A stretch of DNA of 64,000 bases from Ascidiella aspersa (lineage: Eukaryota). A program made the position numbers and the translations under genes. Where the stretch lies: assembly GCA_963924565.1 (NCBI GenBank), contig OZ004610.1, positions 13,640,001 through 13,704,000 on the forward strand, given 5' to 3'. Each line of letters begins with the position of its first letter. Position 1 is the stretch's first letter. Below are positions 45,963 through 58,103 of the stretch, piece after piece. A model generated the notes under the pieces. It saw only the letters and a list, made by a program, of their open reading frames with translations. It did not search any database and was not told the origin of the DNA.

Positions 45963-48901
45963 CTTATTATCCTGCCGTTGTGCCACGTTTGGGCAAATAA
46001 ATTAAAGGTAGGCCTACTGCGCATGTGAATCATTCAGCCCGTTACGTGCAAACATTATCAAATGGTTTAATATTATAACCAAAGTATTTTTAGCACTGCC
46101 TATACTCCTATAGCATAAAATGAATGACGGGTTAACATGAATGGCCCGTTTAACGCCTTTAGCGCAGTAACAATTGAGATAGGTTAGTATAAGAAGAAGA
46201 AATAAATAAATATTACGCACTTTTTGTGCCGCAACATAAAACCAGATCCTAACGGCATTCATCTTTGTAGCGGATACAGAGAAAGATGCCATAACACGAC
46301 ATCTGAGAGAAGCCTTGAAAGCGCGTTCGTTTATTTGTGTCTACACAGATCGCACTTGGTCACGGAAAAAGCCTACATTTTTTGATATAAGGTTCGGCGA
46401 ATCGACGGTAACATTTTCGGCACAGTTTCACGACGACAAACAGACAAACGATCTGCTACTGTACCAAAGTATACTAAGTGGGCGTGGTCAACGGATTCGT
46501 TTGTGATCAACTCGAGTATATATTAGTTTAGCGGAAAGAAGCAATCAGGGTTTTTCGGTGAGAATGTGTCAGTTGCAAAGGGCGCAATGATTTAAATAAA
46601 CTAAAATCCCTGAGGATTATTAATATTCCTGCTTATACGCTATTTGGGTATTTACGAAAACGAATGTGGTAGTTTTAAATTTAGCCTTCTAGTTCAAGTG
46701 TCCATAACAAATAGATATTTCATATTAAAACCGGTTTTAGACTTCCTTTGTGTTAAGGCGACTTTTTATCTAGTCTTAAAAAGTGTACGATTGAAAATGG
46801 GTCGATCCTGGTGCCGTCGAGTCGGTCAGTAATTGGCCGGACAATTGCTACGTTCCGAATGCGGCAGATATAAGTCGGGGACGTTACACGTGGAATTAAA
46901 GGTTGGCGCACGAAACATACAATCGAAAAATGTCCGGTATTTGCGTAGTACCAGATTTATGATCTACAAACCCAAACCCGGGCCTTAAATATTAGCATAC
47001 TTTGTACATAGCTAAGAGAAAAAAATCGAAAAACGAAAAGTTGTTACTGAGTCACCCACAACGTTAACTCACTCTGGTAATATAGATCACAATTTTGTTA
47101 CAGAAGGAAGTCTCGGTACTATACGGTTACACCATAAAAAGGAAGAAATCGGGTACCGTGATGTAAAAGCACATTCCACTAACATTATGACCACGAAACA
47201 ACGAAAACTTTGGACAGCGAAGGCGCAAAGGAAACGCGCATATACTGTTGTTGTGTATATAGATAAGCGGTGAATGAAGATAAAAAAGGTCGGAAGGTAC
47301 AACGGCAATAAAACAACTAAAGCGCATCGGAATAAATCGAGGGCAACTGACATTTGAAGCATACGGAAAGAATGTAAAAGCGTTTTAAAATGTGCGAAAT
47401 GTTAACCTTTCAATAATAAGGGCATTGCATTTAGTTGTGCCATAAATCTTAGCGGATGACTGACAATAACCACCGCTGACATGCAGGACAGGATTCGGCG
47501 GAGCGTAGATTGAACTAATGAGTCAATTTAGTATTAAATGTTGGAATTTAGGTTGCCAGGTGAAACTCGCATTCGTTATGACTATTTTTATGTGGGAGTT
47601 TCGACTGTATTCCAGTCACAGCGAGGACAGAAAAGCGCTAAGCACATTCGTCACGTTCCCACGCAAGCAAACAAGTAAAGGCGATTTCGAGAGAGTATTG
47701 CATTAGGGAAAAGGAAGCGGGGCCACGGCGCAATTAACGCAAAGCGTGAAATCCAATTAGGCGGGCGCCGGTAGACGCGCAGAGCGCTCAAGCCATCGCC
47801 AAAGGTGGATGGAAATACACTGATCAAATTGAACGGCGGCAAAGTGCACTGCGATGCGAGTGGAAACCATATTCGTAAAAGGGTATTGCGAGTGGCCTTT
47901 TCTGTAAAGCACTAATTGATTAGCGATCGGGTTACTTTTCCCGGTTTTCGCCACGTTTCTTTAGGTTACATGGGGTGTTGACGTGAACCGGTTTAACACC
48001 AGGCGACCGAAAACGGGATTAAAAAGTTGGGACAGGGCTGCCTTTCGAATAGTTGCGAATGGAATGAGTGCGTATGTACAAAAGCTGACGGGACGTGAAT
48101 GCGCGTTTATACAGCGTGACAAACGAATACAGAGCGAAAACATTATCGGCATATGTGTGTGTTACCGATAAATCGTGCAAATACAATAAGTCTGATACAT
48201 TGCACAATATGTAAAAAACATCCACTGAGTGGAGTTGCACGTCGTCCTGTAGCCACACTGTTGCTTGAAACTAATGTTACATAATGACAGCAGTTTGAAG
48301 AAATGCACTTAAGAATACGCATATACAATTTAAGCCCCGAGATTCACAATTGGGAAATCAGTTGTCATATGACACGCATAACTGTTGTTTTGATATGTCC
48401 ACCACAAACAGGAATGTGCAGGTTACAGGGAGCAAAGCAAGTTTCAAAACTAAAAATAGTTTAATTTACCCTTTATCAGTTACAAGAAGGAACATTCAAC
48501 CAAGGGCTATAACTTTGCACCTACCAACGAAACGTCCTAACCAACAGGTTTGGACAAAATATGAAAAAAAAAACAGCATAAACAAACATTCCAAAGCACT
48601 GGAACTAATCAAAACAACAACAAAAAGAAAACATTATGACAGCAGTAAAAAAATAATATTGGTCGGAAAGTAAAAACACTTTACAGAAAGATGGTTGGTC
48701 AGTAAGCAACACAATTGCCTGTAAAAATAGCACAAGCAAATATAATATATTTATAGATATAATAGAGATATTTGTTGAAATTCAAGAACTAAAAGGCAGT
48801 CTGTGCAAATATGAAAGTGCAGATAACACAACTGATACACATGGCTCAGCTACTAATGAATATATATTTTGAATGTAGCAAAATCTACTGAAATAAGTTA
48901 A

Positions 48902-51900
48902 TTATAATTGATACCACTTTTTGTTTTTCATTTTTAGCATAATTGCATGGGCATTAGCGGAGAACTTCTTTGCAGACTCGTGCATTTCCTCCGTTTTTTC
49001 CTCAACGCTAGCCAGTTTTTGACCGCGTTCCATCGCTTTCATCTTTAGCTGTTGCATGTCCGCTGCCAATCCAGTGGCGGTGCGGTCCAGCTGCTTAATT
49101 TGGGGTACAAACTTTGTTGCAATGCCCCGCGAAGCTGTTCCGCTGTTCTTGCCAGCAAACAACTCTGCTCTGTCCAACTCCGAGTAGCCTTGGCCAAACA
49201 GTGTTTTGATAATTCCATCCTGCTGGCGTTCAGGGGCCTGGCAGGGTGTGAACAGATTGCACAAGCTTTCCTGTAAGTTTCCATACACTTCTGACATAAA
49301 GGTGATGTGCTGCATCTCTGATGCACTGCACATGTAAGCAAGGCTTGCAGAGGGGGAAAATGAGCTTGTCTGCAGGCAACTGCTTGGAGGTGGCACCAAG
49401 CTGGGTGAAATAAACAGTGGGGTGAGTTGTGGTAGGGATAGCACAATAATGGAGCCCTCTGACATGAGACATGTATAAAAACTCCCAAGGGCAACTTTCT
49501 CGATGGAGCTTTGAGTGATTTCACCAAGATGCGAACTGATTTCATAAGATCTAGAACTGTTGCTTAAATGGGATGGCACATTTAGGATTGTAAAAACTTT
49601 TACTTTGGTCTTTGACGCAACAACAACATATTGTACTTTAAATTCAGGTACATCAAATGATGATTTTGATGAATTGGGTTTCAACTGGTCCTTTTGAGCA
49701 CCAACAAACTTATTCAATGATTTAACACAGACTACATTACCAGCTGGATTTAGAATCTCACAAAAAGTAATTGCTCCGTTCAGCTGGAAGGTGCAATCTT
49801 TCATAATAGCACTTTCAATTCCATCGGACGTAAGCTTCGAAAGTTCTACATAAAATAAATTGCCAAGATCTGTTCCAAGCCATAAACAGGAACCGGGCAG
49901 TGACTTGTATGAATATGTGACAGATATTTTCATGTAAGTAACCACTTCTTGTAGTTCATACTGATCTTCAGTACTTGAGTTTCTGTTGCTAAAAGACCCA
50001 TCAGCTGCAGAATGATCTAAATGATTTTCAAAACTTGCACTGCTAAGCATTTTGGTAAGTTTAGAACCACTGCTTTTTGAGTCGGTGCTGTCTTGTGATT
50101 TAAGAATGCCCCCATCCTCATCATAAAAAGACGATGATGATGACTTTGGCCTACAAGGGCTTTTAGGTGTCAATGACTTGTGCAGAAACCTTGATATACT
50201 GCCTGTGTTCACATTGAGAAGAAAGGACTTCGCATTAAGGTCAAATATATGTAATGTAGAAGCACATGTTGCTACGAAAAACAAATCTACAGATGATTCC
50301 ACTTTCATGCAAGTTACCTTGTGTGGTGATTCACCAATTGGTTGTAGAAGTAAGAACACATACTCAGCCTGAAAGCCAGCACTCTGGCTGGGTTTAGTGC
50401 TTTTTAAATGTAGAGTAGGTTTTGCATGTTGAACTGAAGTAATTGGAGACTCTTCATTTGCAGGTTCAACTAAGGTACCTCTGCTACTGTTTTTGTTGGC
50501 TGATATCAGATCTTCCATTGTACCGCTTGCCAATGGAGAAACTAGAATTTCCTCGTCTTTCAAGGGGCAAGAAATCGTAGATGCAGATGGATTAATGTAA
50601 AACACTGCCAAGTCGTTTTCTGAGGCCTTTTCATTTAGATTAAAGATTACTATGCTTCCACTATTCGAAACTACCATAGTTTGGTTTTCTGCGCAAACAT
50701 CAATACACTGAACTGCCAATTGGTTAGCACTTTCAGGTTCATCATTAGGCTTTTCAAATAGCTTCTGGGTCTTCGTTTTGAGCAGATTTGTCAACACAAC
50801 TGAACTTGCATTCCAAAATCGAACACAGCCATCTGCATGGCCAGTTACAAATATGTCAGACCAACTTTCCACTTCATCATTCCATTCTCCGCCATGAATA
50901 GGCCAAAGCTTTTCATTTCCACTTCCACTGCTTGACTTAAGAAGGGAAACATACTGTAACTTTTGCAGCAAAGCAACCTCTTTGTCACTGACATACTTTA
51001 AGAAGGTGACAGGTGAATCGTGTATTTCTAACACATGTGGTATTTCTAAACAGTGATATCCAGGAACTTCCAGGTCAACAAAAAGCAATTCCTTTTCTAA
51101 AAGAATTGCGACAGCACTCGGGTCCTGGAACTCACATTTCCAAGGAGTCCTGACAATTGGAACAAAATCAATAATTGGAAAGTCCATCTCTAAAGCAGTG
51201 ACAGATTTTCCCTGCATTATGGTAATGCAGGGTGTTGGCAGCAAATTTCCTTTTCTATGAAGGCCACCAGAAAACACAATGTAGTCACTCTTTTGCTGGT
51301 TACTGATCCATTTCAGCTTCTCAATGGGATTATTGATTTCCTGGCGATGATTGGAATCAGGGATTGATTTGTCATGAGGAAGAAGTACCTGAGCTGGCTG
51401 GTCTGCTTGTTTTAGATTCCACACACATATTTTACCATCCACATGTGAAGACATAAATTGTTTTCCTTCGCTATGCCAGGAAACACTAGAAACAGCAGAA
51501 GCACTATAATACCGATATTCCACAACACTTTCTTTAAACTTCCACAATACTAGTAGGCCTGTTGAGTACGCTATCAACATTTTATTCTCATCAAAGGGAT
51601 GCTCAGAAATTGACACAATATGACCAGGATGTTTGCGCTGTGATATGTCAATAGCTTTGTTCCAGTTTATGCAATAGCCTGAAAGTTGAAAGCTTTCAAC
51701 ATTACACAGGTGCACATTTCCCCGTTCTGTGCCAATGTAAATCCACTTGCTTTGATATGGAATATTACACAATGATATATGCTCTCTATTGAACCTAAGG
51801 GAATGTAAAATTGCGGGTTTCTTTTGTCTAAGATTCCACAAGTGAATGGTGTCATCAGCTAAAACAGACAGAAGTGCTCCCTCATTGACTAGAAAAGCAA

Positions 51901-52246
51901 GCTGGATTACAGGAATACTGCTTTCGTGGTTCAGATTAACATTCACCCCAACCTGGCCAAAAATTCGAATGGAGCCATCGCTGCTTCCAGTTGCTAATAA
52001 ACTTTGAACTGGATCAAATGCCATGCAAATCGGCTTGTCCGGAAACCCATGTCGCGCTATGTTGCACACTTGGAAATGTTCTGAGCAGAGATTGGCAGAG
52101 AAATTTACAGAATTTTCTGCAGTTTTCGAAGAATCAGATCCTAGGCTTAGACTGCTTGGACTAAGAGCCTCAAACATGCGTTTGATTCCAGCCTTTTTCA
52201 TGATTATTGATTTCAAATTTGTGCTTTCAAATAAGTCACAAATCAT
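48902..52246 (-). CDS. STXBP5: Tomosyn / syntaxin-binding protein 5, single coding exon
   Basis: 1114-aa uninterrupted ORF with N-terminal RHGFP..MAFDPVQSLLA.G, WD40 repeats, LGL-family motifs (IHDSPVT, WPIHGGEW, TGHADGCVRFW), SELDRAELF and a C-terminal R-SNARE motif ERGQKL..VEEKT..M..SAKKFS..AH.IMLK.KNKKWYQ. The likely true start is MKKAGIKRMF at 52201. Confidence 0.96.
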   Translation of the reverse strand: MICDLFESTNLKSIIMKKAGIKRMFEALSPSSLSLGSDSSKTAENSVNFSANLCSEHFQVCNIARHGFPDKPICMAFDPVQSLLATGSSDGSIRIFGQVGVNVNLNHESSIPVIQLAFLVNEGALLSVLADDTIHLWNLRQKKPAILHSLRFNREHISLCNIPYQSKWIYIGTERGNVHLCNVESFQLSGYCINWNKAIDISQRKHPGHIVSISEHPFDENKMLIAYSTGLLVLWKFKESVVEYRYYSASAVSSVSWHSEGKQFMSSHVDGKICVWNLKQADQPAQVLLPHDKSIPDSNHRQEINNPIEKLKWISNQQKSDYIVFSGGLHRKGNLLPTPCITIMQGKSVTALEMDFPIIDFVPIVRTPWKCEFQDPSAVAILLEKELLFVDLEVPGYHCLEIPHVLEIHDSPVTFLKYVSDKEVALLQKLQYVSLLKSSSGSGNEKLWPIHGGEWNDEVESWSDIFVTGHADGCVRFWNASSVVLTNLLKTKTQKLFEKPNDEPESANQLAVQCIDVCAENQTMVVSNSGSIVIFNLNEKASENDLAVFYINPSASTISCPLKDEEILVSPLASGTMEDLISANKNSSRGTLVEPANEESPITSVQHAKPTLHLKSTKPSQSAGFQAEYVFLLLQPIGESPHKVTCMKVESSVDLFFVATCASTLHIFDLNAKSFLLNVNTGSISRFLHKSLTPKSPCRPKSSSSSFYDEDGGILKSQDSTDSKSSGSKLTKMLSSASFENHLDHSAADGSFSNRNSSTEDQYELQEVVTYMKISVTYSYKSLPGSCLWLGTDLGNLFYVELSKLTSDGIESAIMKDCTFQLNGAITFCEILNPAGNVVCVKSLNKFVGAQKDQLKPNSSKSSFDVPEFKVQYVVVASKTKVKVFTILNVPSHLSNSSRSYEISSHLGEITQSSIEKVALGSFYTCLMSEGSIIVLSLPQLTPLFISPSLVPPPSSCLQTSSFSPSASLAYMCSASEMQHITFMSEVYGNLQESLCNLFTPCQAPERQQDGIIKTLFGQGYSELDRAELFAGKNSGTASRGIATKFVPQIKQLDRTATGLAADMQQLKMKAMERGQKLASVEEKTEEMHESAKKFSANAHAIMLKMKNKKWYQL

Positions 52247-55201
52247 ACAATCTACATTTGTACATTAAAACATTGCTTGTACATTAAGTTTCTGAAAAGA
52301 TACATATAATAGTAACTTCCCCATACCACCGTACATATAAATCTAGACCTGTATGGTAATTTGCTAACTGTATACAAAAACAACGATCTTAAATAATACA
52401 TTTTGTGTATATATACGACCTAAAACTGTATATATGAACATGGGGGCAATGATGGAAGAGCAGGCCATATAAAGAATTTCTAAAATGTTTTTTTTTTAGT
52501 TTTAGTTAGATTATACCTAAGTTGCAGCCCATTAGTTCACAGTGTATGTATTTTTTTAGACATAAAGGTTTTGGGACATAATAAATTCAGAATATCAAAT
52601 CCAACCACCACAGCAGTTTTACCTATTTGAAAAAGTAAGAATTATGAATTATATATAATTATATGTTACACTTTTAATTAAAATAACATCTAAATGACAA
52701 TATATTTGTCATAGCAATAATGGATTTGATAGAGATGTCATATAACATCAAATCAGGAAAACGATAACCGATGCCAGCAGTTCTCCGATACTAGTATAGT
52801 ATCTTTGCCAATGTGATATAAAATTATTATAAGAATTTCAGCCACGATTTGCAGTATAACCTAGAAAGAGCTACCTTGGGGATAAATTTATTTATAAAAC
52901 ATTAGGTTAACAACTGAAGGTAATAAACTTTTACCGATTAAACAAATTTTGGCCTAAAAGCCTAAAAAAATTACATTTGAATATTTCAATTTCATCTTCT
53001 TTGCTTGTGTTAGCATAGTTGCCGTAATTTGGTATCGGACTAAAATACTTTTTTTCCAAAATATTTAAGAATCCAACATTCCTAATGACAGATGTGATAT
53101 TTGAATAATGGTTTAACACTATGTGGTTCATGTTGTTTTGGAAGATTGCAATGCACAGTTACAGACAAATTTCACAAAACATAAACAATTAAATTTTTGT
53201 TTAACTAAGGAGAACCGGGCTAAACAACAAACTTTAAATTTTCATAAATGAACAAATGTTTACTAAGGTTGTAGGCCAACCTAAATCACTTCATTTCAGT
53301 ATTGCTTGTTTAGTATGTTAATCGTTAAAACTTAGCACATACAATATCATAACATGATTATTCAAGCTGCTATAGTAGAGTAGAATAAAACACAAGAAAA
53401 GCAAACAGCTAAAACAATTTGTGAATATACATTAAGTATAAACAACAGAAATTCTGTTTCTTCATTGGTGATAAGATAGATTTTTCGCTGAACTGTCAAT
53501 TAGTTAGGTTTGGGTTGGGGTTAATAGTTGAATTGTATAATGATAAGTAATTTAAGTTTAATTAACCTAGTTATGTAGAAATTTTATTATTTAATATACC
53601 CTTGTAGCCTCAATTAAACATTATTATTCTGCATTGCTTAATTTGACATCACTATGCAGATGATGAAATCCACTGATGCGTGACCAATAGACATAAGGCG
53701 CATTATCAGCGTTTCTCAATTCATTCTACTTAATACTTCTTATAGACTAGCAGCCTGAATAGCTGTGTTACGTTAACGTGTGTACTGAGATTTGTGAATA
53801 TATACTCACTGAGAAATATCATCCGAGTATAGTGTCTTTATCTCGAGTTCAAAAAGTTAAAGACAGATATCTTAGTGGCATGCTCTTTTGGAGTCAGCCT
53901 TGACAAGGAATGTGTAAGAGAGTCAAGCAGCCTTGATTCATTGCCTTAAGAGTCCGCTCCGTTTTACCTGTAACTACAGCTCTCATTTGCTAAAACCTAA
54001 TCCAGTGGTTCTAGACATATGTGCCAAAGCACCCTTTGGGTATCATTTTTATTGAGTTGTATTTCAATTTTTTTATATTCCAAGGTTTGCTAAGCTTCTT
54101 GAAACAATTTTTTGTGTATGTATAGAGTGCAACTAATCAAGGTTTCTTCTACCTTGTGCAGAGTTAATATGTGCAGTTTAATTTTGTTTATTGTAACATT
54201 AAAGTAAACTACTTAAAGAAATTACTAGTTTATAATTTAAGAAGGGTGCCACTACTCAAAAAAGTTTGGAATCCACTTCCCTACTCTAACAATATGTGAT
54301 GTCACAGTTCTACTTGGTAGCAGGACAAATAGCCTATTCATTTCTTATCGCATTCAGCTTCTACAAAACTGTTCACAAACAAAAAATACATTGCTATATT
54401 CCTGCCTGAATTGGCACTTCTCACCTAGATCATATTTTTTTAGAAATGAAATCAAATCAAGGATTATGCACACCTCAGAACAGTAACCTTTTAAAAAATC
54501 AACCATAAATAGAAACTAACTATAAATTTTCTCTAATTTAGCTGTGCAATCTAACTATTCACCGGTCTGCATTCCATGGCATGTGCACACCTAATCTTAT
54601 TTTCTAAATAACTTTGCGTGCACACCTCAATAGGCCCATTACATCATATGGGAAACCCAAGTTCATATTCATTTTCTAGTGGTGCAGGTCTAGTCTGTTG
54701 AAAAAAAAATGCAGGTGCAATTGCCATTCTTTCCGTAGTGGTCAATAGATATATAAATTGTGCACTTAAGTTAAAACACGCTAAATTTTAGTACGATTCC
54801 AAAGCTAAGGTATGAAAAAAACATAATTGCACACCTATACACACTGCAAAATTTGGCTCTGCATTTCCAAAATCTGGGCATGAAGTGCCATGAACTTGCC
54901 TATTCAGGTGTTCACCTGCCACAGAATACAAACTAAAATTAAAAAAGATAACATAAATACACACCTATACATACCAACTAAAACTTTGAAATACACTAAG
55001 CAGTCACATTTTATGGCAATTCTCTTTGAGATCGTTGGTATGGGTGTGTAGTCTAACTTTTTTTCAGGTGTGCAGATGCAATTATGTTTTATGCACACCT
55101 GGCGATTTTCCAAATACATGTGTGTGCTACTCTAAAAAAATGGGCACTCGAACATAATGCAGATTAGAGTGTTACATTCCCAAATCTAGAGAAACAAATT
55201 C

Positions 55202-55394
55202 GGCGCTGGTCTAGAATCCTACCACTTTTTTACATTAATGAAGCGAGTTTTCAAAATTGAATATGCAAGTAAGAAATAAAAAGAGTAAATATAATAATAT
55301 TACTTAGCCAAGCCAAACCTCGTACGCTAACTCGCACTCTAACTCAAATATTATAAACCCCCACGAAAGTGTGGCAGGATTTTAGACCGGCGCC
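55202..55394. mobile_element. MITE, same family as 2757-2960
   Basis: TIRs GGCGCTGGTCTAGAATCCTACCAC / GTGGCAGGATTTTAGACCGGCGCC. Flanks ACAAATTC / ACAATTTC (7 of 8 match). Confidence 0.75.
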
Positions 55395-56622
55395 ACAATT
55401 TCTACTAAAATCTGACGAAGACCACTGGCATAACATGCTCTTTTTAGATAAAAAGACTAATAAGTTGTAGCATTACAGGTTTACAGTACAAACTCTACTA
55501 TAAAAGTTATTACAGTGGGATATGGAAAAAATATTCCCTTTACTTGCAGGTCGATTTTTCGTAACGCCTGAGTAATTCGGCAAAAAACTCATATATTATT
55601 AGTTTAAGGGTCTACTTGTGTTGGAAAAATAGTTTTTCAAGAAATAAAAACTAGCAAACAAACGCCAACACTGCAGTAATGGTAATATGCAATTTACATT
55701 AGTTTTTCTCAGTGTTTCCCAACCTTTTTGGCTTTCGACACATCATAGACAGATTACAGATAATTTAATTGCGGCACTATTTTTTTTGTAATTTTTTTCC
55801 GATGGAACCTTGTTCATAATTTTATCGACCGACTTAACTCTCTTTTTTGTCCAAGTAACAAATTTCATCCCAGAAATTAAAAATTGATGAATGGTGAGTC
55901 AATTTAGTATTTCATATTTAAGATCCGCTGGCCTCAACTTTGGATCAGTGCTGATTTCCAACCTGGGAGTCGCAACCCCAGGGGGAAAAAAACTTAGTTG
56001 TGTGTTATGAGGGATTTGCTGCAATGGACCAAGTCGTGTTTAGGACGTCACCATTATGCTTAGTCAATGAATCAGGCATCTTTTTCTAATAAAAATCGTA
56101 ATTCGACGAAAAGAAGCTTAAACCTTAACTTTATCTCTTATACGGTTGTCTCGAAGTGGCAACAGATAAAAAACTAGTTGTGTTCGGCGAAATACTGTTC
56201 CATATTTAAAAATTGCATACAGTAGAACTCAAATATAACGACACGCATTTCTGACTAATTCTCCGCTCATTTAAAGAAAATACAATTTTAAATACCACGT
56301 ATATAGGCTATATAACGCGAAAACGCAATAGGCCTACAATTTATTTTGTTTGAATTTGGCAAAACTTTAATATAGGATACCTGAATTGGGCACACAAAAA
56401 GTTGTCTGCACTCGATGTATTGGTTTTCATCAAGGCGATTTTGACAAACACTTGTGAAGGCATCGACTCCACAGTTGTAAGGCTGCACACAAACTACGTA
56501 AAAATGTTTCCCCAAGCTCATAAAATAAATACTACGTTAGTCTTTTTTCATATGTTGTGACGACACACAAAGTAAAAAACATAGGCCTACTGCAAATACC
56601 ATTACAAATTTGCGCCCAAAAG

Positions 56623-57133
56623 CAGTGTTGTAATGACTTAAGTCATTGACTTGACTTAAGTGCACTTAAGTCACTGTTTTCAAATGACTTGACTTGACTT
56701 AAGTCCTTTGACCAAAATGACTTGACTTGACTTAAGTCTTTTGGACAAATGACTTGACTTGGACTTAAGTCATTTTGTCAAATAACTTGGGAGTAAATTA
56801 AGTGTTTTTCATTTAAATTTATCTCAAGTTTTGCACATTAAACATTCTTATTGCTGTATATTGCGTTTGTGTGTTTTTTTAGTTAAATTGTTGCTTGTAA
56901 TCGGAGGAGTTTACCAATTTTAATAGTTTAACAACTTACTTTTATGTCAATGACATGACTTGAAATTGACTTGCTCTCATAATGACTTGACTGGGACTTG
57001 ACTTGGGCAACCGATGACTTGGACTGGGACTTGACTTGTTATTTTTGCAAAAGACTTGACTTGGACTTAAGTTATTTTTCAAATGACTTGACTTGGACTT
57101 AAGTTATTTCAAAATGACTTGTTTACAACACTG
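56623..57133. mobile_element. hAT-like MITE with tandem GACTT subterminal repeats
   Basis: TIR CAGTGTTGTAA / TTACAACACTG. TSD CCCAAAAG / CCAAAAAG (7 of 8 match). Many TGACTTGACTT arrays at both ends. Confidence 0.85.
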
Positions 57134-58103
57134 CCAAAAAGTCTAAGTTACCCAAATTTGTGATATAAATGACAGTTACCGGTACGCACGTAGCAAAAAC
57201 TCAGTTTGTGGAGAGGTAGCATGTTGCCCAACCCTTAATCGTGCACAACTGAGATCTCCGCCAATCATATCTTACTGTTCTGACTAAACACAGACCAAAT
57301 ATTGTCCAAAAACTGAAACACTATATTAAAACATAATAGTCCAAAAGTTCGCAAATTGCAAAAGTATTTTCTTTAGCTACCACTCATCTACACATGTATT
57401 TTTGATGTACAGCTTATGAGAGCATGAAAGCAGAAATCGTCAAAACGCAGCATGGAACCAATAAAATCATAAAAAGTAGTTAAACATAGGAGTTCGCGCA
57501 ACCCGGTTAAAAACCACTTATCTTGATATTAGATCGGCGTTGATACCAGGTGCTAATACCGATAAATATCACCATCGGATTGGCGCCTATTTCACCCTGG
57601 TATCAACCCGATTCGGCATTATTAAACATCCTTACCGCAGTCACTTTTATTGTGAGCATTTGGTTGCTAATTCTCCTGTATATAGTTTATAACTACCTAT
57701 TTTTTATACAAAACTTCTGATTTTGGAAAAAATGGTTATTTCAAAAGCAAACAAATCAAAAGATCATGAAAAGGATTTTAAAACCAAATCCGTTACACTT
57801 CTGTTTTTTTATTTTTGAAGAAGAAATTATGAAAGTTGCAGTTCAGCTCAGGTGAGACACCTCTTTAAAACTACGGTTTGTAAAGGACTATACAGATTAA
57901 GGTTCAAGCAGCTTTCAAATATGTTTTAATTTCGGTTCGACTCAGGTTCGCCAAAAAAACGTTCAAGTTTGGTTAAGTTGCGATAAAATTAACGCATAAC
58001 CGTTTTATAAAAAACAACTTCCGCCAAAAACGCGTTTTCTACGTTGGCATGGCAACAAAAATAATTTTGGTTGCGGTTTGCGTGATCTATGAAACATTGT
58101 ATA

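Noticed and set aside
49045-49545. Overlapping 166-aa and other short ORFs within tomosyn and GAL3ST
   Set aside because: Alternative-frame or antisense shadows of long coding exons with no independent support.
56623-57133. CRISPR-like array (also considered for 40430-40596 and the GACTCC repeats)
   Set aside because: No constant repeat with unique spacers, eukaryotic context, and the arrays at 56623-57133 and in the GACTCC family lie within TIR/TSD-bounded MITEs.
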